Position numbers and translations under genes: made by a program
The notes under the pieces: generated by a model
Databases searched by the model: none
Told to the model about the DNA's origin: nothing
Seen by the model: the letters and a program-made list of their open reading frames with translations, nothing else
Shown here: positions 21,961 through 28,768 of the stretch, one piece after another
Numbering within the stretch: the stretch's first letter is position 1
Layout: each line of letters opens with the position of its first letter
Virus record (IMG/VR): IMGVR_UViG_3300017760_000057
Source: a virus
DNA length: 28,768 nucleotides
Direction: 5' to 3' (one strand)

Positions 21961-22427
21961 GCCAAACAGGGATAAGAGGATTTTACCAATTAACAGAAAC
22001 TATTAAGACACAGCTTTTAAGTGATGTTAATGTAAACACAGTTACAACAGGGGATATATTTGATATAGACTTATCTAAGCAAAGCATATTTCCTTTATGT
22101 CATATTATCATAAACAACGTTACAACACAAGAACAAGTATTGTTGTTTAACATAACTGTTATGGCTATGGATATAGTAGACGAGAGTAAGAAAGAAACAA
22201 CAGACATATTTAGAGGTAACAACAACGAGCAAGATGTACTTAATACACAATTAGCAGTATTAAATAAGTTAGTAATGGTATTACGCAGAGGTACGCTATA
22301 TAGTGATAAGTTTCAATTAGAAGGAGATGCAACCTTAGAGCCTTTTTATGAAAGGTTTGATAATAGACTTGCTGGGTTTGCTGCTACTATGGATATTGTA
22401 ATACATAATGATATTACTATATGTTAG
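21957..22427 (+). CDS. Virion protein, possibly a head-tail joining or tail-completion protein
   Basis: 156 aa, assigned by position in the structural block only. Confidence 0.3.
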   Translation: MSQTGIRGFYQLTETIKTQLLSDVNVNTVTTGDIFDIDLSKQSIFPLCHIIINNVTTQEQVLLFNITVMAMDIVDESKKETTDIFRGNNNEQDVLNTQLAVLNKLVMVLRRGTLYSDKFQLEGDATLEPFYERFDNRLAGFAATMDIVIHNDITIC

Positions 22428-22981
22428 CAGATAAGTATTTAAGGGATGAGCTAAATAAGTTTGCTAAGTATGTTATACAACAATCAAGGACAAACTTGAC
22501 TAAAGGTGCTTCTCCTTATGGTACTTTCAATAGTACTAAAGAGTTATATAATAGTTTAGATTTTGATATAGATACAAAAGGAGATACAACATCACTATCA
22601 TTTGAAATGGCAGATTATGGTAAATTTAAAGATAGGGGTGTAAAAGGTACAAAATCTAATTATATAGAAAATAAACAATCTCCTTATAGTTTTAAATCAA
22701 AAGGTGGTAAGAGAGGTTTAAAAGGTATGCCACCACCAAAGGCATTTGATAAGTGGATAGTAAGAAAAGGCTTAAAGGGTATTAGAGATAAAAAAGGTAG
22801 ATTTTTGTCAAGAAAAACTTTACAGTTTTTAGTTGCTAAAAGTGTTTTCGAAAAAGGAATGAAAGCAAGTATGTTTTTTACAAAGCCTTTTGCTGCTGCA
22901 TTTAAGAGATTGCCAGATGAATTAGTAGAAGCATACTCAATAGGAATAGAAAAACAAATACAAGTAAACATAAGCAAATGA
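22421..22981 (+). CDS. Virion protein, possibly HK97-gp10-like
   Basis: 186 aa. SLSFEMADYGKFKDRGVKGT resembles the Y..f.e.G ending of the gp10 family. Weak. Confidence 0.3.
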   Translation: MLADKYLRDELNKFAKYVIQQSRTNLTKGASPYGTFNSTKELYNSLDFDIDTKGDTTSLSFEMADYGKFKDRGVKGTKSNYIENKQSPYSFKSKGGKRGLKGMPPPKAFDKWIVRKGLKGIRDKKGRFLSRKTLQFLVAKSVFEKGMKASMFFTKPFAAAFKRLPDELVEAYSIGIEKQIQVNISK

Positions 22982-24096
22982 GCAAGATAAACGCAAGAAG
23001 TCCATTTTACATATCAGTAACTGCAACTAATTTAACAAGCTGTAAGTTAGAGTTGTTTATATATACAGGAACACAAACAACTAACAGACCAACAACAGCT
23101 ACTTATACACTACAATCATTTGCAGTAGAAGAAAGATGTACTTTTGAAATAGCTGAGTTAGTAAGAGATTACTTTACTAATACATTTGACGGAGATTATG
23201 CAACTGAGATACAATGGGTAGATTATAGAACTACAAATACAATACAAAATACAGAAGGCTCTGCAAGTAGCTTTACACAACTAAAAGGTTTTTATGGTTA
23301 TGGCTTTTTTGAAGATGGTGTAAACCCAACTAACAATCAAGGTCTTTTACAATCTAATACAACAATAGTAAAGTTAGATGATGCACCAGCTACAATAGCA
23401 GTAGACACCTCAACAACAACTCAAGTAACATATGAGCTAAACGGACAACAAGTATATACTAAAGCTATTAGTTCAAATTCAGTATCTACAACACAAATAG
23501 AATACGTTACAAATGGTATAAATGGCTCTGATGAGTTTGAGGATAGAGTAATACAAGCTGGTGGTACTTTTGAGGGTAGTTCTTGTTTAGATGCTTTTAG
23601 TAATGAGTTTACTTTATTTGACTTTGACACGATATATGTAGATACTACAAGTGGTGTAACTAAGCTAACTGTAAAGAATGAAACTGAATGTAAGTTTACA
23701 CCATACAAAATAACATTTATAAATAAGTTTGGTAGCTTACAAGATATATGGTTTTTTAAACGTACTAACGAAGCACTAACAACTAAAACAGAAAAGTTTA
23801 AGAGAAACATAATTAGCAATGCTACTTATAATATAAGCAACCATCAAGATAAAACACTTACTAAGAATGGTAAAGAGAAACTAACACTAAACACAGGATA
23901 TTATCCAGAGGCTTATAACGAAGTATTTAAAGAAATGCAATTAAGTGAGGATTGTTGGATAGAGATAGATTCTAAGACATTACCGATACAAGTAACAAGT
24001 AGCTCTTTAGCATATAAGACACAACTAAACGACAAGATAATAAATTACACAATAGAAGTTGAATTTGCTTTTGACACTATAAACAACATACGTTAA
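22978..24096 (+). CDS. Virion structural protein (tail or baseplate component)
   Basis: 372 aa, Thr/Asn-rich and beta-like, with an ATGA overlap upstream and a TAATG overlap downstream. Confidence 0.4.
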   Translation: MSKINARSPFYISVTATNLTSCKLELFIYTGTQTTNRPTTATYTLQSFAVEERCTFEIAELVRDYFTNTFDGDYATEIQWVDYRTTNTIQNTEGSASSFTQLKGFYGYGFFEDGVNPTNNQGLLQSNTTIVKLDDAPATIAVDTSTTTQVTYELNGQQVYTKAISSNSVSTTQIEYVTNGINGSDEFEDRVIQAGGTFEGSSCLDAFSNEFTLFDFDTIYVDTTSGVTKLTVKNETECKFTPYKITFINKFGSLQDIWFFKRTNEALTTKTEKFKRNIISNATYNISNHQDKTLTKNGKEKLTLNTGYYPEAYNEVFKEMQLSEDCWIEIDSKTLPIQVTSSSLAYKTQLNDKIINYTIEVEFAFDTINNIR

Positions 24097-26699
24097 TGCA
24101 GATAATAGAACTATACATAAGAGATGGTATTAGATATTATGGTAATGCTACATCTACCTCAACTAATAACTTAGTAGATGCAAACGCTGATTTTACAAGT
24201 ACAGTTAAAGTAGGCTATATAGCTTTTAATGAAGTTGATAACACATCTGCTAAAGTTACTTCTGTATCTGCAACTACATTAGGTTTATCTGATGATATAT
24301 TTACAGTTAATGAGCCTTACTTATTAATGAGTGATTATCAAAGGTTAGATTTATTTAAAGATGAAAGTGTAAGCATTACAGATAGTGTAAAGAACGTAAA
24401 AGATGTAGCTAAGATATTTACTCCTTTTTCTCAACAGTTTAATGTACCAGCTTCTAAGCATAACTCTAAGATATTTAGACATTATCAAGATAGTGATATA
24501 TTAGATAGCTTTGATGCGAGATATAAAGCAGATGCACTTATAAAATTAAACGGAGTAGATTACAAGAAAGGTAAGATAAGATTAAATAGCGTATCACTAA
24601 AAGACAATAAGCCACACTCTTATAAACTTATTTTCTTTGGCGAAACAGTAGGCTTAAAGGACTTATTAGGAGAAACTATGTTAAGTGGTCTTAACTATGA
24701 TTCAAGCTTAAACTTTGCTTATAGCCACGCAGTAATATATCCTAAATTTACAGCCTTAGATGATGTTTGTTTTCCTTTAATCACGCATACTAAAAATATG
24801 CGATATAATAATAACTCTTATATTTCTTCAACACCAGTAGCTAATGAAAAATTAAACTATAGAGATTTAAAACCAGCTATAAAGGTTAGAAAGATAATAG
24901 ATGCTATAGAAAACACTTTTGATGAGATAACATTTAGTGGAGAGTTTTTTAACACTACAGACTTTAATAGTCTTTATATGTGGATGCACAGAGAGAAAGG
25001 TTTTATGAGTAATGCAGATGAGGGTGGAGGTTTAACTATATTAGAAAATTTATTTCACTTACCTACTGATGAGGGTTTAACTATTGTTCCTGGTACTGGA
25101 GATGAGGCAAGACCTTTACAAGGTACACCTCCAGATATACTTGGTTTAAATGGTCAATTTGCAGCACTAAATATTAGAATTACAACCTCAGCAACAACTG
25201 ATGAATTTGATTTTAGAGCTGAACACGGATATTGGGGAAATACACTTACTGAAAGTACAGGTAATACAGGCAGTACGTCTTATACATTTACAGTTCCTGT
25301 AGGTTATTATGATACGGCTAATGTTAGATTAATACTTACATCAACAAATACATTTAATATTGTAGATTACGAAATAGATGCAAGTTTAAACGGAATTTTG
25401 CAATGTACTTATGAAAGTGATTCTTTCTCACTAGCTAATACAGTAGTAATAGGTAGACATATGCCTAAGATGAAAGCTATTGACTTCTTAACTAACTTGT
25501 TTAAGATGTTTAATTTAGTAGCTTACAAGGTAGACAATACAATTAGAGTAGTACCTTTAAATGATTACTATGAAGAGGGTTTAAATTATGATATTACTAA
25601 ATATGTAGATACAAGCAAAAACTCTATAAGTAAAGTATTACAATTTAAAAACATAGAATTTAACTTCCCAAGCAAAGAAAGTTTTTTAGTTAAAAAATCA
25701 GATGAATTACAAGGTGCTAATTTTGCTGGAGAAAATTATGGAGATGTAGAATGGGATGGCACAGATTATAAGATAGAGCCTATATTTGAAAAAATGCTTT
25801 ATGAAAGATTATCTGACGAGCAACACGGAACTCTTACAACTATATGTCAAGGCGCTATGCTTGATAAAGACTTTAATGCTACTATTGGTAAACCATTATT
25901 GTTATATATAGCTAATCAAACTGCAACACCAAACTTTTTATTTGCAAATGCTGATGGTGGTGGCAATGAAACTGTAACTGCATATAATAGACCAAGTCAA
26001 GTATTAGTACAGTCTGGAGGTAGTGTTTTAGGTGCTTCAAGTTCTTTAAATTATGGTGTAGAAAGTGATGAGTTCTTTTTAGAGCCTAAAGGTACAAACT
26101 TATTAGCTAAATATTATTTAGACTATGTACAAAGTGTATTTAACAGACAGGCACGAATAAACAAAGTAGATGCTTATTTGCCTTTACATATTATTTTAAA
26201 ATACGAATTAAATGATAAATTTGTAGTAGGTAATAAAACTTATAGAATAAATACAATAAAAACAAATCTATTAAACAACAAAAGTTCTTTAGAATTATAT
26301 AGCTTATCGCAAAGTATAACAGGGATAGAAAACGACCAAACAGCAAGTTTAGGTAGATTAGCAAGTCTTAATGTTACAGTTAAAGGCTCAGACTTTATTA
26401 CTATTGGGTGGACTGCTTTACCAAATCCTGTAGCTAATAATATTACTGGTTATGATTTATATGTAGATGACACATTTTCTCAAACATTACCAAATACAAC
26501 TGTATCTAAAAAAGTAACAGGTTTACAAAGCGAGATAACATATAAGTTTGCAATTAGAGTAAGATATACTATTGGTGGTGTTGTTTCTTTTTCAAATGAT
26601 ACAATAGCATATGGTACAACTTTACCAGCACCTACTGCTCTTGCAGAAAACGGAGATACGCTAATAACTGAACAAAGTGATACAATAATATTAGAATAA
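24096..26699 (+). CDS. Large tail/baseplate protein with a C-terminal fibronectin type III domain and a terminal LAENGD...TEQ...IILE peptide
   Basis: 867 aa. FN3-like LNVTVKGSDFITIGWTALPNPVANNITGYDLYVDD...VTGLQSEITYKFAIRV. The N-terminal region resembles distal-tail/baseplate proteins by recall. Confidence 0.55.
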   Translation: MQIIELYIRDGIRYYGNATSTSTNNLVDANADFTSTVKVGYIAFNEVDNTSAKVTSVSATTLGLSDDIFTVNEPYLLMSDYQRLDLFKDESVSITDSVKNVKDVAKIFTPFSQQFNVPASKHNSKIFRHYQDSDILDSFDARYKADALIKLNGVDYKKGKIRLNSVSLKDNKPHSYKLIFFGETVGLKDLLGETMLSGLNYDSSLNFAYSHAVIYPKFTALDDVCFPLITHTKNMRYNNNSYISSTPVANEKLNYRDLKPAIKVRKIIDAIENTFDEITFSGEFFNTTDFNSLYMWMHREKGFMSNADEGGGLTILENLFHLPTDEGLTIVPGTGDEARPLQGTPPDILGLNGQFAALNIRITTSATTDEFDFRAEHGYWGNTLTESTGNTGSTSYTFTVPVGYYDTANVRLILTSTNTFNIVDYEIDASLNGILQCTYESDSFSLANTVVIGRHMPKMKAIDFLTNLFKMFNLVAYKVDNTIRVVPLNDYYEEGLNYDITKYVDTSKNSISKVLQFKNIEFNFPSKESFLVKKSDELQGANFAGENYGDVEWDGTDYKIEPIFEKMLYERLSDEQHGTLTTICQGAMLDKDFNATIGKPLLLYIANQTATPNFLFANADGGGNETVTAYNRPSQVLVQSGGSVLGASSSLNYGVESDEFFLEPKGTNLLAKYYLDYVQSVFNRQARINKVDAYLPLHIILKYELNDKFVVGNKTYRINTIKTNLLNNKSSLELYSLSQSITGIENDQTASLGRLASLNVTVKGSDFITIGWTALPNPVANNITGYDLYVDDTFSQTLPNTTVSKKVTGLQSEITYKFAIRVRYTIGGVVSFSNDTIAYGTTLPAPTALAENGDTLITEQSDTIILE

Positions 26700-26839
26700 T
26701 GATAAAGAATATATTAGAACTTTTAAAACACGCAAACGGAGAAACAGAAAACATCCGTATAGCTCAAGGTAAACATAAACTACCTTTAACTATAAAAGAG
26801 GGATATAAAGCACTTAAACAAGAAATACAATGGCGATAG
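26699..26839 (+). CDS. Small hypothetical protein (46 aa)
   Basis: MIKNILELLKHANGETENIRIAQGKHKLPLTIKEGYKALKQEIQWR. TAATG overlap upstream and a 10-nt overlap downstream. It fills an otherwise empty 130-nt gap. Confidence 0.35.
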   Translation: MIKNILELLKHANGETENIRIAQGKHKLPLTIKEGYKALKQEIQWR

Positions 26840-28557
26840 AGAAAACAATATTAATAGACGTAGATAGTAAAGATGCTCAAAAGAGTATAAACTCATTAGA
26901 CAAAGGACTTACAGGACTTGATGATAGTGCATCTAAAGGTGCTAAAGGAATTGGTGGAGTATCTAAGGCTTTTAAGGGATTAGGTACTGCTATTAAAGCT
27001 GCTGGTATTGGTTTAGTTATTGCTGCTTTAGCAAAATTGTCTGAAATATTTAAGCAAAACCAAAAAGTTGCTGATTTATTTAATACAGCATTTGAAGCAG
27101 TAAGTATTGCTTTTAATGATTTTGTTAGTTTTATTGTAGACAACTCTGGTGCAGTTGTAGATTTTTTTAAGTCAATATTTGAAAATCCTTTAGAAAGTGT
27201 TAAGGCTTTAGGTAGAAGTATTAAAGCTAATATAATAGAAAGATTTGAAAGTTTTCTTGATACTTTAGGATTTTTAGCAAGTGCAGTTAAAAAAGTATTT
27301 AGTGGAGATTTTGCTGGTGCATTAGAAGATGTAAAAAGTGCTGGTAAAGAAAGTATAGATGTTTTAACTGGTGTAAACAATACAGTAGATAAAGCTAAAG
27401 AAGTTATAGATAAAACAACAAGTTCTATTGTAGATTATACAAATAAAACTATAAAATCTGCTAAAGAAAATGTAAAACTTGCAAACGCAGCAGAGTTAGC
27501 AGCTGTTAAAAATCAAGGTCTTATTGAAAAATATGATAGACAAGCAGAACAACTTAGACAAACAAGAGATGATGAAAGTAAAAGTATTGAAGAAAGAATA
27601 AAGGCAAATGAAGATTTAGCTAAAGTTTTAGATGACCAAGAAAAAGCAATGAAAGAAAATGCAGCTATTCAAGTTGCATCTGCTGCTGCAGAATTAGCTA
27701 AAAATAAAGAAAACATAGAACTACAAAAAGCTTATGCAGAAGCCTTAAACGAACAAGCAGCAATAGAAGCTCAAATAACAGGGTTTAGAAGTGAACAACA
27801 AACAAATGCTAATTCTTTATTAAGAGAGCAAAAAGATTTACAAAACGAACTTGCTTTAATTGGTAAAAGTGAAAGAGATATACAAAGAGAAGAATTACAA
27901 CAACAATACTTAGAACAAAAAGAATTAATAGATAGAGAGGTAACAGACGAGATTGAAAAAAACAATTTATTATTAGTTGCTGAAGAAGATTATAAAACTA
28001 AACTAAAAGAATTAAATGATGGTTTTGATGCAGAAGATTTAGCTACTAAAAAAGCTAATGCTGACGCTAAAAAGAAAATTGACGATGCCACAAAAAATGC
28101 ACAGATAGAAAATGCTGAAGCTGTTGGTGGTGCTATTGGTACTTTGGCTGGTATTGCTGGAGAGAGTACTGCTGCTGGTAAAGCTTTAGGTGTTGCTTCT
28201 GCAACAATAGATACTTATGTAGGTGCAAATAAGGCAATAGCAAAAGGTGGATTTGCTGGTATTGCTCAAGCCATAGCTATTATTGCTACTGGTCTATCTA
28301 ATGTTAAAACTATATTAAGTACAAAAGTACCAAAGCCTTCTGTTGGTGGTGTATCTACTGGTGGTGGTGGAGAAGCTACTCCAGCCTTACCAGCACCCCC
28401 ATCATTTAATATAGTAGGTGCGACTGAAACAAGTCAATTAGCAGATGCTATAGGTGGTCAAACACAACAACCTGTACAAGCGTATGTAGTAGCTAATGAT
28501 GTAACAACTGCACAAAGTTTAGAGAATAATATTGTAGAGGGTGCGACATTAGGATAA
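26830..28557 (+). CDS. Tape-measure-like protein
   Basis: 575 aa with an Ala/Gly/Lys-rich N-terminus containing hydrophobic stretches, a long central coiled coil and a C-terminal hydrophobic Gly/Ala segment (GGAIGTLAGIAGESTAAGKALGVASATIDTYVGANKAIAKGGFAGIAQAIAIIATG). Confidence 0.55.
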   Translation: MAIEKTILIDVDSKDAQKSINSLDKGLTGLDDSASKGAKGIGGVSKAFKGLGTAIKAAGIGLVIAALAKLSEIFKQNQKVADLFNTAFEAVSIAFNDFVSFIVDNSGAVVDFFKSIFENPLESVKALGRSIKANIIERFESFLDTLGFLASAVKKVFSGDFAGALEDVKSAGKESIDVLTGVNNTVDKAKEVIDKTTSSIVDYTNKTIKSAKENVKLANAAELAAVKNQGLIEKYDRQAEQLRQTRDDESKSIEERIKANEDLAKVLDDQEKAMKENAAIQVASAAAELAKNKENIELQKAYAEALNEQAAIEAQITGFRSEQQTNANSLLREQKDLQNELALIGKSERDIQREELQQQYLEQKELIDREVTDEIEKNNLLLVAEEDYKTKLKELNDGFDAEDLATKKANADAKKKIDDATKNAQIENAEAVGGAIGTLAGIAGESTAAGKALGVASATIDTYVGANKAIAKGGFAGIAQAIAIIATGLSNVKTILSTKVPKPSVGGVSTGGGGEATPALPAPPSFNIVGATETSQLADAIGGQTQQPVQAYVVANDVTTAQSLENNIVEGATLG

Positions 28558-28560
28558 ATA

Positions 28561-28594
28561 CAAAATAAATTAAAAACTATTATATATTAATATG
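28561..28594 (+). promoter_or_regulatory. Copy D of the repeated element, ending in the start codon of the protease gene
   Basis: caaaataaattaaaaactattatatattaatatg. Confidence 0.5.
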
Positions 28595-28768
28595 CGAATA
28601 GTAGAACTAATATTAGACGAAGAACAAGAGATAGGGATAGAAGCTATATCAGTAGTAGAAAATCCAGCAATAGAAGAAGATTTTATTGCACTTAAATCAC
28701 AAGAGTTTAAACTTGCTGAGGTAGACAAAGAGAAACGCATTTTAATGGGTGCTTTACTAATTCCAAAT
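28592..28768 (+). CDS. 5' part of the XkdF-like protease gene, continuing at base 124 of the window via the repeat
   Basis: ATG 28592 gives MRIVELILDEEQEIGIEAISVVENPAIEEDF..., which runs in frame into the terminal repeat and on to the 1-1158 ORF. Confidence 0.6.
   Translation, partial: MRIVELILDEEQEIGIEAISVVENPAIEEDFIALKSQEFKLAEVDKEKRILMGALLIPN
28646..28768. repeat. Right copy of the exact 123-bp terminal direct repeat (identical to 1-123)
   Basis: Same comparison. The implied unit length is 28,645 bp. Confidence 0.95.

Overview
The window is a complete, tightly packed tailed-dsDNA phage genome with every credible gene on the + strand. Bases 1-123 are identical to 28646-28768, so the unit genome is 28,645 bp. 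The contig is circularly closed or terminally redundant and is cut inside a head-protease gene (ATG 28592, stop 1158). Modules in circular order:
- Small and large terminase (19722-21189).
- A virion/tail block (21218-28557) with a chaperone-like gene carrying a T9 slippery run and a start-less -1 ORF, an 867-aa FN3-bearing protein and a tape-measure-like protein.
- A head block (28592 through 3429): XkdF-like protease, two coiled-coil/acidic scaffold-like proteins and the major capsid protein.
- A tube-like protein, a portal fused to a MuF-like domain, an adaptor, a tail fibre with an S74 chaperone domain and a LamG-type fibre.
- A lysis cassette (10932-11988).
- An early block (12142-19656): NinG-like, Rad52-like annealase, SSB-like, RecA-fold ATPase, ECF-like sigma factor, small PD-(D/E)XK nucleases, RecE/DUF3799-type exonuclease, HNH-AP2 homing endonuclease, a DUF5664/MazG-like protein and a DnaA-domain-IV-like protein.
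I recognised no integrase, repressor, DNA polymerase, tRNA or CRISPR array. The AT-rich sequence, absent Shine-Dalgarno motifs and intergenic TAnnTTTG elements suggest a Bacteroidota (Flavobacteriia-like) host.
Most notable observations:
1. A roughly 34-bp element occurs five times, four of them fused directly to start codons of structural operons. The phage also encodes its own sigma-like factor.
2. A probable programmed -1 frameshift, or a homopolymer error, lies at 21699-21707.
3. Three otherwise unrelated virion proteins share a C-terminal peptide.
4. Two promoter-plus-terminator mini-units could be small RNAs.
All functional calls rest on motif recall and gene context. No database search was run.
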